Shown here: positions 19,001-28,863 of the stretch, piece by piece
Layout: every line of letters begins with the position of its first letter
How positions within the stretch are numbered: the stretch's first letter is position 1
Source: Bacteroidales bacterium
GTDB lineage: Bacteria > Bacteroidota > Bacteroidia > Bacteroidales > PUMT01
DNA length: 64,000 nt
NCBI GenBank assembly: GCA_046483315.1
Contig: JAWODJ010000058.1
Span: 32,321 to 96,320 of the forward strand
Direction: 5' to 3'
Notes under the pieces: model-generated
The model's database searches: none
The model's input: only the letters and a program-made list of their open reading frames with translations
What the model was told of the DNA's origin: nothing
Position numbers and translations under genes: made by a program

Positions 19001-20128
19001 ATGAGACGAAAGAAAAAATACCCCGGTGGTGTAATTCCTGCAACTGTAATATTTTTTTTCTGTTTGGGCGGTTGTGCAGACACTCCGCGAAACAGGACAC
19101 CTGCAGATGAATCTTTACCTGAACCTTCAGAACGCGCCCGAACAGAGCAGCTTGCCGGAACTATTGTAAAACCCTCTGACGGAGATGATTTTGTAACAGG
19201 TGAGGAGATAGAGATAAACTTTTCATTTGATCAGGATGCCGGCAATGTCGAATCATTGAATATGACAGTTGACGGCAGCGAGACAGTTTTTAAGGGTAGC
19301 ATTTCCGGGGGACTGATATGGGACTCATCGGGACAACCGGTAGGAAGCCGCCGGATAAGGCTTGAAATTGAATATGCCGATGGCACTACAGAAACTTATC
19401 CTGTAAATATCGTATTGAAATCTGATATAATACCCCGGAAATACACATATAATATTATAAATAGCTATCCTCACGATATTCGGGCCTTTACCCAGGGACT
19501 GGTTTATTACGGGGGTTTCCTCTATGAATCTACCGGCCGGTACGGACAGTCAACACTCAGAAAGGTTGATGTTGAAACAGGCGGGGTGCTCAGGAGCCTT
19601 AAACTGGAAAGGGATCTTTTTGGTGAAGGTTTATGTGTGCATGATGACAAACTTTACCAGCTTACCTGGAAATCGAAGGTGGGATTTATATATGACATTG
19701 AAACTTTCCGTATGCTCAGCAGGGTTTACTATGATACAGAAGGTTGGGGACTAACGAGTGATGGCAGTAACCTGCTTAAAAGTGACGGGTCACACTATAT
19801 TTATGTTCTTGATCCGCAGTATTTTTCTGAGACAGATAAATTTGAGGTATTTGACAATAACGGCAGGGTGCAGGGACTTAATGAGCTTGAGTTTATTGAC
19901 GGAACTGTATATGCCAATGTTTACGGAACTGACGAAATCGCCATGATCGATCGTGAATCCGGCAGACTGGAGGGGATTATTGATCTTAAAGGGTTGCTTG
20001 ACCGGCGCTACCGTCATCCGGAATTGGATGTGCTAAACGGGATTGCATGGGATCATGAAAATGACCGCCTTTTTGTAACAGGCAAAAACTGGCCCCGGCT
20101 CTTTGAGATAGAGGTTGTTCCGGAATAA
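19001..20128 (+). CDS. Glutaminyl-peptide cyclotransferase (beta-propeller type) lipoprotein with an N-terminal extra domain
   Basis: Lipobox LGGC. The core AFTQGLVYYGGFLYESTGRYGQSTLRKVDVETG ... LNGIAWD is typical of plant/bacterial-type glutamine cyclotransferase. Confidence 0.75.
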   Translation: MRRKKKYPGGVIPATVIFFFCLGGCADTPRNRTPADESLPEPSERARTEQLAGTIVKPSDGDDFVTGEEIEINFSFDQDAGNVESLNMTVDGSETVFKGSISGGLIWDSSGQPVGSRRIRLEIEYADGTTETYPVNIVLKSDIIPRKYTYNIINSYPHDIRAFTQGLVYYGGFLYESTGRYGQSTLRKVDVETGGVLRSLKLERDLFGEGLCVHDDKLYQLTWKSKVGFIYDIETFRMLSRVYYDTEGWGLTSDGSNLLKSDGSHYIYVLDPQYFSETDKFEVFDNNGRVQGLNELEFIDGTVYANVYGTDEIAMIDRESGRLEGIIDLKGLLDRRYRHPELDVLNGIAWDHENDRLFVTGKNWPRLFEIEVVPE

Positions 20129-20146
20129 ATTTTTCCGGAGGGAATA

Positions 20147-21091
20147 TCAGGAACTTTTACCTACAAGCACTCTGATGCTTCCGGGGATTATTTCAAAGGT
20201 GAAAGGGCTGTGACCCAGCGATTCTCCATCAGTTTCAAGATGTATCACCGGCCTGGAATCTATCAGGATCGATTTTCCCCTGTAGGTTTCCACAAGGGGA
20301 TGACTGGTTATTGTTCCGTTATAGAGTCTCTTGATATTCAGCAAGACATCATGCTTTTTAATTTTGTTAATAACGGTAATATCAAACAATCCATCGTCGG
20401 CAACGGCGTCGGGCAACTGCATCATACCACCTCCGTTATATTTGCAGATACCTATGCTTATATTGAATACATTGTTGGTTATCTCTTTGTTGTCAATGCT
20501 GATCCTTGTCCGTGTATGCCTGTATTTCATTAAACTTATGATAATGCTCTTAAGGTAAGACCAGTGACCTCCTTTTCCCGCCTCTTTCATCTTGTTGGTC
20601 CTGCTTACAACCATTGCATCAAAACCTATTCCTGCAATATTGACGAAGTAGCGGCTGTTCTCAACCTCTCCTTGATAATACTTTACCACACCCGCATCCT
20701 GTATAAAGCTGTTATTCAGTTTTATTGTTGATATGGCATCTTCATACTCCATGGGGATACTGAACATACGGCCCCAGTCATTGCCTGTACCCACGGTGAT
20801 CATTCCCAGGGATATTTCGGAGGTGGGATAACGATTCTGAAGGAAGATCCCGTTGATAACCTCATTCATTGTGCCATCCCCGCCCACCACTATCAGTTTT
20901 TTATATCCTTCTTCAATGTGCAAAACAGATATGTCTATAGCATGGTGTGGTGACCGCGTGAATTCGGCTTTGAATTTTAATCCCGCTTTCTTAAGCAGAT
21001 ATGAAATTCTGTCCCAGTCTTTTATTCCTTTGCGCCTTCCGGCATTTGGATTGACTATGACCAGGAATTCACTGTTATTGTCTGCCGCCAT
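20147..21091 (-). CDS. Diacylglycerol-kinase-family lipid kinase (YegS/BmrU-like)
   Basis: VIVNPNAGRRKG and VVGGDGTMNEVINGI motifs. Confidence 0.8.
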   Translation of the reverse strand: MAADNNSEFLVIVNPNAGRRKGIKDWDRISYLLKKAGLKFKAEFTRSPHHAIDISVLHIEEGYKKLIVVGGDGTMNEVINGIFLQNRYPTSEISLGMITVGTGNDWGRMFSIPMEYEDAISTIKLNNSFIQDAGVVKYYQGEVENSRYFVNIAGIGFDAMVVSRTNKMKEAGKGGHWSYLKSIIISLMKYRHTRTRISIDNKEITNNVFNISIGICKYNGGGMMQLPDAVADDGLFDITVINKIKKHDVLLNIKRLYNGTITSHPLVETYRGKSILIDSRPVIHLETDGESLGHSPFTFEIIPGSIRVLVGKSS

Positions 21092-21375
21092 ATATTATTT
21101 GTAGATAAAAACCAGCCAGCTCACCGGCCTTCAAACCTAATACTTTTTTTGTATATTTCACAACTTACTGCAATACCTGCAGTTCGAATGCTGAAAATTA
21201 CCTGTACAAACCTGTATTTATGAACAACTTTGCTATCTGCCTGTAAATTGCCCTACTGACAGTATATTGCAAATGAGTTAATTCCAAAGCCGGTGTTGAT
21301 AAACTGTTAAAAAGCCCCGTTTTTATGTTAAAAACTCACTTTTGACATCATAGATCAGTTCTGCTATTTAAGTTG

Positions 21376-21383
21376 TATTTTTG
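21376..21383 (+). promoter_or_regulatory. Bacteroidota-type -7 promoter element upstream of parA
   Basis: TATTTTTG lies about 60 nt upstream of the parA ATG. Confidence 0.35.
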
Positions 21384-21444
21384 AGTTTTCTTACGTGAAT
21401 TATTTTTAATATTGTGCTGAATTTTATAAAAAAAGGATTTTTAA

Positions 21445-22245
21445 ATGGCCAGAGTTATTGCATTAGCTAATCAGAAAGGCGGTGTGGGCAAAACAACCAC
21501 AGCGATCAACCTTGCCTCAAGTCTTGCTGTGCTGGAACAGAAAGTTCTTCTTATAGATGCAGACCCGCAGGCAAATGCCACTTCAGGTATAGGATTTGAT
21601 ATACGAACCATTAAGACAAGTATTTATGAATGTCTTATTGATGATCTTGACCCCAATGGCATTATTCTCAATACCGAAGTCGAGAAGCTTGATCTTATTC
21701 CCTCCCATATAGACCTTGTCGGTGCAGAAATTGAAATGACCAATCTCCCAAACCGGGAGCAGATCATGAAATCAGTGGTCTCCAGGATTGAAGACAAGTA
21801 TGATTTCATACTGATAGATTGTTCCCCGTCACTCGGACTGATTACTCTGAATGCTCTGACTGCAGCCGATTCTGTGCTTATTCCCGTTCAGTGTGAGTAT
21901 TTTGCGCTGGAAGGGCTCGGCAAGTTGCTGAACACGATAAAAATCGTTCAGAATCGATTGAATACCGGACTGGTTATAGAGGGATTCCTTCTGACCATGT
22001 ATGATGCAAGGCTTCGTTTGTCAAACCAGGTTGTCGAGGAGGTCAGGAAACATTTTCAGCAGATGGTTTTTGAAACCATTATACAGAGAAATATTAAACT
22101 CAGTGAGGCACCCAGCTTTGGCAAACCTGTACTGATGTATGACATAAATTCAACCGGAGCGGTAAATTACCTAAATCTTGCCAGGGAGATGCTGCAGAAG
22201 CTGGAGAAGACCAGAATCAGCAACGCCGACAAAATGATTGAATAG
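21445..22245 (+). CDS. parA: Chromosome partitioning ATPase ParA/Soj
   Basis: Deviant Walker A NQKGGVGKTTTAINLA. 266 aa, followed by parB. Confidence 0.92.
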   Translation: MARVIALANQKGGVGKTTTAINLASSLAVLEQKVLLIDADPQANATSGIGFDIRTIKTSIYECLIDDLDPNGIILNTEVEKLDLIPSHIDLVGAEIEMTNLPNREQIMKSVVSRIEDKYDFILIDCSPSLGLITLNALTAADSVLIPVQCEYFALEGLGKLLNTIKIVQNRLNTGLVIEGFLLTMYDARLRLSNQVVEEVRKHFQQMVFETIIQRNIKLSEAPSFGKPVLMYDINSTGAVNYLNLAREMLQKLEKTRISNADKMIE

Positions 22246-22280
22246 TGATCTTATAAATATTAACAAATGCTACGAAAATA

Positions 22281-23162
22281 ATGGCTGCAAAAAAAAATGC
22301 CCTGGGGAGAGGTCTTAGTGCACTTATTAGCGAAGAGGAACCACAACACCGTGACGGTCCTGCCGGACATGATGAGATCAGTATTGGTCTGATTGAGTCC
22401 AACCCGTTTCAGCCAAGATCCCGGTTTGAGGAAGAATCGCTGCAGGAGCTGGCCTCTTCAATAAAAGAACTGGGTATTATTCAGCCTGTGATTGTAAGAT
22501 ATAAGGAGGATGGCAGGTTCCAGCTTATTGCCGGAGAAAGACGGATGAGAGCTGCAGAAATGGCCGGACTGGAAACGATTCCGGCTTATATCAGGACAGC
22601 CGATGATCAGGCATTGCTTGAGATGGCCCTTGTTGAAAACATACAAAGGGAGGATCTTGATGCCATTGAAGTGGCTATTAGTTATCAGCGTCTTATGGAT
22701 GAGTGCAGGCTTACGCAGGAAAACCTGAGTGAGAGGGTAGGTAAGAAACGTTCCACGATATCAAACTATATCAGGCTGCTTAAACTGCCGGCCGAGATAC
22801 AGTTGGGAATCAGGCATAAGCAGATAACCATGGGCCATGCACGTTCAATAGTTAATGTTGAAGATCCTGAAATCCAGCTTGAATTATATAACAGGATAAT
22901 CAGTCATGACCTTTCGGTCAGAAAGGTTGAAGAGATTGTCCGGAAACAAGAGATACCGGAACCGGAAAGCAAGGAGAAATCTTCACGGCAGGATGCCGAT
23001 CCCGGCGGGTATGACTCCCTGCGGGAGCACCTGGCCGGTTATTTCGGCACAAATGTTGAATTCAGAAGGAATGAGAAAGGGAAGGGCAAAATAGTAATTC
23101 CTTTCAATTCAAATGATGAACTGGAGAGAATAGTGGGATTGCTTGACAAACTGAATACTTAA
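22281..23162 (+). CDS. parB: Chromosome partitioning protein ParB/Spo0J
   Basis: NPFQPR, LIAGERRMRAA and the HTH region LTQENLSERVGKKRSTISNYIRLL. Confidence 0.92.
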   Translation: MAAKKNALGRGLSALISEEEPQHRDGPAGHDEISIGLIESNPFQPRSRFEEESLQELASSIKELGIIQPVIVRYKEDGRFQLIAGERRMRAAEMAGLETIPAYIRTADDQALLEMALVENIQREDLDAIEVAISYQRLMDECRLTQENLSERVGKKRSTISNYIRLLKLPAEIQLGIRHKQITMGHARSIVNVEDPEIQLELYNRIISHDLSVRKVEEIVRKQEIPEPESKEKSSRQDADPGGYDSLREHLAGYFGTNVEFRRNEKGKGKIVIPFNSNDELERIVGLLDKLNT

Positions 23163-23209
23163 AATCTTCTACAGTACGTTATCTTGAGGTATCTGAACAT
23201 GCTCCTGCT

Positions 23210-23821
23210 TTGAACAATACTATAGGTACTTTTTTTATTTGCACCCTGCTGCAGCTATTATTATGTTTTAACTGCCGTGAAGCCTTTTCCCGGCAGGACA
23301 GTCTTTTTCTCGGGAATATCCAGGCTGAACAAGAAAACCGCCATAACCCCCATCCGGGCAAAGCAGCTTTGTATTCTGCCGTTTTACCGGGTATGGGGCA
23401 GGTCTACAATCGGAAATACTGGAAGGTTCCGATAATTTACGGAGGTTTTGCCGGTCTTGCATGGTATACCCTTTATACGAATGACGAATTTGTAAGATAC
23501 CGAAATGCCCTTACTTTCCGTAATGACGGCAATCCGGAGACCACCGATGAATTTGCCGGCGATTTAAGATATACCGATGAGGTACTTACCAGGTTCAAGG
23601 ACTTTTACCGTCGTCAGAGGGACAGAACTGTGATATGGACAGCCCTGTTCTATGCCCTTAACATAATTGATGCAACGGTAGATGCTCATTTTTTCGAATT
23701 TGATGTAAGTGATGACCTTGGTATGAGGGTAAGTCCCTCGTTCAGCAGTCCTGAACAGCTGCCGTTCAGCAGACCGGGGGTGCAGGCGGGAGTTGGTATA
23801 AGTTTCAGTTTAAATTTTTAA
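23210..23821 (+). CDS. DUF5683-like protein
   Basis: AALYSAVLPGMGQVYNRKYWKVPIIYGGF motif. The position after parB is conserved in Bacteroidota (from memory). TTG start. Confidence 0.55.
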   Translation: MNNTIGTFFICTLLQLLLCFNCREAFSRQDSLFLGNIQAEQENRHNPHPGKAALYSAVLPGMGQVYNRKYWKVPIIYGGFAGLAWYTLYTNDEFVRYRNALTFRNDGNPETTDEFAGDLRYTDEVLTRFKDFYRRQRDRTVIWTALFYALNIIDATVDAHFFEFDVSDDLGMRVSPSFSSPEQLPFSRPGVQAGVGISFSLNF

Positions 23822-23851
23822 TATCTTTACCCGATAAATTCAATTACCGAT

Positions 23852-25411
23852 ATGAAGAGACCGGTTATAATTATTGGCATGCTGCTAATTTTGTTTTGCA
23901 GCAGGATTTTGTATGCCTCAGGAGAAAAGGACAGCATTACCGTTATTGCCGACCCCGTTGAGTTAAATTTTGAAAGCAATCTGGACAGCCTGCTTAATCT
24001 CTGGTTTATCACAAATTTACCGGGGCCTGACAGACGAATGAGTGAAATTGACAGTGCCGGCTTTGTTGTGCCTGACTTTCCCGACTCGGTTTATATTGAG
24101 AGGTTGGGCAGGATCCCTTCTGTGATAGATCTTTCATTTAACAGGGTGGTAAATAATTATATTGATGTTTATACAAAAAAGAGACGGGAGCAGATGGAGG
24201 CTATGCTTGGGCTTACCAGACATTATTTCCCGCTGTTTGAAGAAGTGCTTGATTATCACGGCCTGCCCCTGGAACTCAGGTATCTTCCTGTTGTGGAATC
24301 TGCCCTTAATCCCCGTGCCGTATCACGTGTCGGTGCTACGGGCATGTGGCAGTTTATGGTTGGAACAGCGAGAATGTACAACCTTACCATGAACTCTTTT
24401 GTTGATGAAAGGCGGGATCCGGTAGCCTCAACACATGCGGCTGCAAAGTACCTGAAGGATCTGTATGGTATATATAATGACTGGACACTGGCACTGGCAG
24501 CTTACAACTGCGGTCCGGGGAATGTTAACAGGGCTATCCGCAGAGCCGGCGGCACAAGGGACTACTGGAAAATATACTATTATCTTCCCAGGGAAACCAG
24601 GGGGTATGTGCCGGCGTATATTGCAGCCACTTATGCGATGAACTACCACAAAGAGCATGAACTTTATCCCGTTGAGATTGAATTTCCGGTTTATAGCGAT
24701 ACAATAATGATAAACCGCGGTCTTCATCTTTCCCAGATTGCGGAAGTTCTTGATATTCCCCTTAAGTTGCTCAGAGATATGAATCCTCAATATCGCAGAG
24801 ACATTATTCCTGCTGATGACCGGTCTTATGCGTTGAGGATACCGGGGAATTATACCTCCGCGTTTATTGATTTACAGGACAGTATTTTTGCCTACAGGGC
24901 CGATCATTATCTGAGCAGGGAGAATATGACTGTCATACCGGGCAGGACCGGTTTTGTGCCGGATCCCCCTTCCGGACGTGCTCAGGTATATTATACCATT
25001 AAGCCGGGCGATAACCTTGGCTATATTTCCCAGTGGTTTAATGTCAGGGTTTCTGATCTGCGGTACTGGAATAATATCCGTGGCAATCTTATCCGTTCCG
25101 GCCAGCGCCTGGTTGTTTATGTGCCGCCCGGTGAGACGGACTACTATAAAGAGGTGAACAGTCTTGGATTTGCAGAAAAACAGGCGAGGACTGGCAGGAG
25201 TCCGGAGGTGAACAGGGTGTCATCAACGACTGCGGCGAGCGTAACAGGCGATTATCTTTATTACACCGTCAGACAGGGAGATACATTGTGGGATATTGCA
25301 AGGCAGTTCCCGGGTGTAAGTGACAGGGATATTCTGCGCCTTAACCAGCTCAACAATGCCAATCGCATTTATCCCGGCCAGCAGCTGAAAATAAAACCTG
25401 CCGGTGGATAA
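23852..25411 (+). CDS. Lytic transglycosylase (SLT domain, MltD-like) with two C-terminal LysM domains
   Basis: VVESALNPRAVSRVGATGMWQF (catalytic Glu region) and AAYNCGPGNV. Two LysM repeats (YYTIKPGDNLGYISQWF, YYTVRQGDTLWDIARQF). Confidence 0.8.
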   Translation: MKRPVIIIGMLLILFCSRILYASGEKDSITVIADPVELNFESNLDSLLNLWFITNLPGPDRRMSEIDSAGFVVPDFPDSVYIERLGRIPSVIDLSFNRVVNNYIDVYTKKRREQMEAMLGLTRHYFPLFEEVLDYHGLPLELRYLPVVESALNPRAVSRVGATGMWQFMVGTARMYNLTMNSFVDERRDPVASTHAAAKYLKDLYGIYNDWTLALAAYNCGPGNVNRAIRRAGGTRDYWKIYYYLPRETRGYVPAYIAATYAMNYHKEHELYPVEIEFPVYSDTIMINRGLHLSQIAEVLDIPLKLLRDMNPQYRRDIIPADDRSYALRIPGNYTSAFIDLQDSIFAYRADHYLSRENMTVIPGRTGFVPDPPSGRAQVYYTIKPGDNLGYISQWFNVRVSDLRYWNNIRGNLIRSGQRLVVYVPPGETDYYKEVNSLGFAEKQARTGRSPEVNRVSSTTAASVTGDYLYYTVRQGDTLWDIARQFPGVSDRDILRLNQLNNANRIYPGQQLKIKPAGG

Positions 25412-25519
25412 TATTACCGGTATCGGGCATCGGATTGCCGGATCCGGATTTCAGACGTATCTGACCGGGTGATTGCCGCATGAAAAAAGTATTTACCGGC
25501 AAACCAGATTTATTGAGGA

Positions 25520-27055
25520 ATGCAGCAACACGTTACTCCTTTCAAAGTGTTTTTGTTTCTTTTTGCCCTGTTTGGTGTTCTTATAACCATATCACTGGTA
25601 TTCCCCACCGGAGGCATTAGACTGGGAGAGGATTTTTATCTCTATTTTCCCGGCAGGAAGGATGTTCTGAAAACCGTCAACCCGAAATACGCCGACATAT
25701 CGCACCTTCTTGATGCATATGAATCTGAAAATAACTCCCTGACAATTCATTATCCAGAAATTTTTTCCTTACCCGTAACACAGGAGGCAGATTCTTATGA
25801 ACCGGCCGACAAAAAAGAATATGTATTAACAGATGAGGCCGACACCGTGGTTGCCGATGCAGTGAGGTTGCGTGAACTGGTTTTCCCTCTTCAGCTCCCG
25901 CCGGACAATGATTCGGCTATGGATATGTTTTACGAAGAACTTGATGCAATAAAGAGTGAAAACGGAACTTTACGTATTATCCATTACGGTGATTCGCAGA
26001 TCGAGAATAACAGGATAACTTCGGCCCTCAGGAACCGGTTTCAATCTGCCTTCGGGGGTTCGGGTATCGGTATGTTTCCGGTTGTATCTCCCGTACCTCA
26101 CAATGCCTCTGTGAATGTGATTTTACAGGGAAGATGGAAAAGATATACGCCACTCGGCGGACAGGGTAATACAGGCCATAACAGGTACGGCCTGTTGCTG
26201 TCCTTTTCTTCTCTCGTAAACGGCAATATTGACGGAGTAAGCGGATCTTTTACATTGCGCCCCACCGGGACAGGTTACCGGCGTCTGCAACAGACCAATG
26301 AGCTTGGGATCTTTTTTGGTTATAACAATGAGCCTTTTACCATGGAACTGATCTCCGGCGATGAGATACTGGATGCAGAACTGTTTTTCCCTGCTGACTC
26401 TCTTCAATATTTAAAATGGAAACTTCCCCGGAGCCCCGGGGAATATTCAGTTTCTTTTCAGGGAGAGGGGAGCCCTCTTATTTTCTCCGTGTCTCTTGAT
26501 GATGCTTCCGGTGTGTCGGTTGACAATGTACCCCTGCGGGGAAGCAGCGGACTGGAGTTTGCGGGAACCGATCCGGAAATTATGAGGAAAATGATGGAGG
26601 ATCTCAATGTAAGACTGTTGCTGCTGCAGTTCGGAGTTAACGTGGTTCCTCATGTTGTTGATGATTATACCTATTATGAGAATGCCCTTTTAAGGCAGCT
26701 TGACTTTTTCAGGTCCCTCGATCCGGATATCGTCATTATTGTGATTGGCGTTTCCGATATGTCGAGAAAGATTACCGGAGGTTACTATGAGTCTTTTCCG
26801 AATATAGAATTAATAAGAGATGCCCAGAGAAATGCCGCTTTCAGGGCAGGATTTGCTTTCTGGGACATGTATGAAGCTATGGGAGGGAAAAATTCAATGC
26901 CTGCATGGGTAACGGCCGATCCTCCTCTGGCACAGGCCGACCACATTCACTTTACATTCCGCGGATCGGCTCTTTTGGGAGACCTGCTGTATAAATCGAT
27001 TATTTCCGGCTATGATAATTATGGCAGGAAACAGGATAATGCTGGTGGAATGTAG
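25520..27055 (+). CDS. Membrane-anchored SGNH/GDSL-like hydrolase or acyltransferase
   Basis: N-terminal TM segment. Block I HYGDSQ, block III-like QFGVN, block V DHIH near the C-terminus. Adjacent to an MBOAT gene. Confidence 0.55.
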   Translation: MQQHVTPFKVFLFLFALFGVLITISLVFPTGGIRLGEDFYLYFPGRKDVLKTVNPKYADISHLLDAYESENNSLTIHYPEIFSLPVTQEADSYEPADKKEYVLTDEADTVVADAVRLRELVFPLQLPPDNDSAMDMFYEELDAIKSENGTLRIIHYGDSQIENNRITSALRNRFQSAFGGSGIGMFPVVSPVPHNASVNVILQGRWKRYTPLGGQGNTGHNRYGLLLSFSSLVNGNIDGVSGSFTLRPTGTGYRRLQQTNELGIFFGYNNEPFTMELISGDEILDAELFFPADSLQYLKWKLPRSPGEYSVSFQGEGSPLIFSVSLDDASGVSVDNVPLRGSSGLEFAGTDPEIMRKMMEDLNVRLLLLQFGVNVVPHVVDDYTYYENALLRQLDFFRSLDPDIVIIVIGVSDMSRKITGGYYESFPNIELIRDAQRNAAFRAGFAFWDMYEAMGGKNSMPAWVTADPPLAQADHIHFTFRGSALLGDLLYKSIISGYDNYGRKQDNAGGM

Positions 27056-27083
27056 TATTCCACTATTTGTCAATGTTTAGGGA

Positions 27084-27091
27084 TATTTTTG
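27084..27091 (+). promoter_or_regulatory. Bacteroidota-type -7 promoter element upstream of the MBOAT gene
   Basis: TATTTTTG lies 43 nt upstream of the ATG at 27134. Confidence 0.35.
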
Positions 27092-27133
27092 TAATTTCCC
27101 GCAATAACAGGCTGAACCCTTATACTGGCTCTG

Positions 27134-28660
27134 ATGGATCTGCTTTCCGGCATTCTCAAATATTCAGAGGACTCTCCCATGCTGTTTACCCGGCTCTATT
27201 TCTGGGGATTTTTTTTTGTATTGCTTCTCTTTTACAGTGCTGTTTACAAAAAAAATTCCCTTAGGAACTCCTACCTGTTTTTGATGAGTCTTTTCTTCTA
27301 TTACAAGTCCGGCGGCTACTTCTTTTCCCTGCTGATTTTTTCAACCTTTGCCGATTATTCACTTGGCCATCTGATCTACATGGCAAAGACCAGACTCCGT
27401 AAAAAGTTGTTTTTGGCGATCAGTGTTTTTATAAACCTGGGATTGCTGGCATATTTTAAGTATGCCTATTTCCTGGCCGACATATTAAACAGTATCACTG
27501 ACCATGATGTACAGGTTGTGAATTTCCTTTCACTGCTTTACAACAGGGTTGCCGGCGGAGACATGGATATTTCCGTTATTGTGCTTCCGGTGGGGATATC
27601 CTTTTTCACGTTTCAGACTATCAGTTATACCGTCGATGTATACCGGGAAAAACTCAAACCTGTCCGCAATATTATTGACTTTGGCTTTTATGTATCCTTT
27701 TTTCCACAACTTGTTGCAGGTCCCATCGTCCGTGCAGCAGAATTCATGCCACAGCTGTACTCATCCTTCAGACTCACTGTAAGAGAAATGGGACATGCAA
27801 TCTTTTTGATTGTGAGCGGGCTGATAAAGAAAATGCTGATATCTGATTATATATCGGTAAATTTTGTGGACAGGGTTTTTGACAATCCTTTATCTTACAC
27901 AGGTTTTGAGAATATGATGGCGGTGTACGGCTACTCGGTCCAGATATACTGCGATTTTTCCGGTTATACTGATATAGCCATAGGTGTGGCACTGCTTCTG
28001 GGTTTCAGGCTACCAATCAATTTCAACTCTCCCTATAAGGCTGTAAATATTACCGATTTCTGGCGACGATGGCATATTTCTCTCTCTTCCTGGCTGCGTG
28101 ATTATCTTTATATTCCCCTTGGAGGAAACAGGAAGGGCCGGCTGAGAAGGTATGCAAACCTTTTTGTTACCATGCTCCTTGGCGGATTGTGGCATGGTGC
28201 GGATATGCGCTTTATTGTATGGGGCGGATTGCACGGACTGGCTCTGGCCGTGCATAAATTGTGGCGGGATATTTTCCCTGCCAGTAGCGAAGCTCATATC
28301 CGTCTGAAGGGGTTACGCAGATTTTTTTCACTGTTTCTGACTTTCCAGTTTGTCTCATTTGCCTGGTTGTTCTTCAGGGCAGAAAATATGCAGGTTGTAA
28401 AGGACATGCTTTCGCGGATCTTTCATTCTTTTGGTGCTGACATTATTATAAGCATCATGTCCGTTCACCGGAACGTCTTTTCCATTATAGTGATTGCCAT
28501 GATAATACACTGGCTTCCTTCAAGGTTCAAGGAGTTTTACAGGGGGCTCTTTATTCGCACACCTGTGGTCGTGAAGCTGCTTTTTATTGTGGTACTGGTA
28601 TTTGTTATATACCAGGTAAAATCGGCCGCTATCCAGCCATTTATCTATTTCAGGTTTTAA
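27134..28660 (+). CDS. MBOAT-family membrane-bound O-acyltransferase (AlgI/DltB/PatA-like)
   Basis: FWRRWHISLSSWLRDYLYIPLGGNR and GGLWHGA (conserved His) in a polytopic protein. Confidence 0.85.
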   Translation: MDLLSGILKYSEDSPMLFTRLYFWGFFFVLLLFYSAVYKKNSLRNSYLFLMSLFFYYKSGGYFFSLLIFSTFADYSLGHLIYMAKTRLRKKLFLAISVFINLGLLAYFKYAYFLADILNSITDHDVQVVNFLSLLYNRVAGGDMDISVIVLPVGISFFTFQTISYTVDVYREKLKPVRNIIDFGFYVSFFPQLVAGPIVRAAEFMPQLYSSFRLTVREMGHAIFLIVSGLIKKMLISDYISVNFVDRVFDNPLSYTGFENMMAVYGYSVQIYCDFSGYTDIAIGVALLLGFRLPINFNSPYKAVNITDFWRRWHISLSSWLRDYLYIPLGGNRKGRLRRYANLFVTMLLGGLWHGADMRFIVWGGLHGLALAVHKLWRDIFPASSEAHIRLKGLRRFFSLFLTFQFVSFAWLFFRAENMQVVKDMLSRIFHSFGADIIISIMSVHRNVFSIIVIAMIIHWLPSRFKEFYRGLFIRTPVVVKLLFIVVLVFVIYQVKSAAIQPFIYFRF

Positions 28661-28794
28661 TTTCCCGGGAGGGAGTAATTTTAAATTTTTTTAACAATTG
28701 TAATATAACAAATTTGCTTTAATTTTGTTTTAAGTATGGTTAGGTTTTATTAGCAGTATCAATTTTTGGGTTAAGGTTTAGGTTTAACAAGGAC

Positions 28795-28835
28795 GAAGGG
28801 GAACAGCGCAAGCTGCTTCCCCTTTGTCTCTTTAA
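28795..28835. terminator. Putative bidirectional intrinsic terminator between convergent genes
   Basis: 12-13 bp GC-rich stem, GAAGGGGAACAGC / GCTG(C)TTCCCCTT, with a GCAA tetraloop and one bulge. T-rich flank (TGTCTCTTTAATAAT). Confidence 0.5.
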
Positions 28836-28863
28836 TAATCCGGTAACCGGCTAAAAAACATTT

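Noticed and set aside
21385-21402. Possible parS (TTTCTTACGTGAATTAT) and a DnaA-box-like TGTTGATAA upstream of parA, hinting at oriC
   Set aside because: The parS-like site has about 5 mismatches to TGTTNCACGTGAAACA. There is only one near-DnaA box and no cluster, which is insufficient to call parS or an origin.
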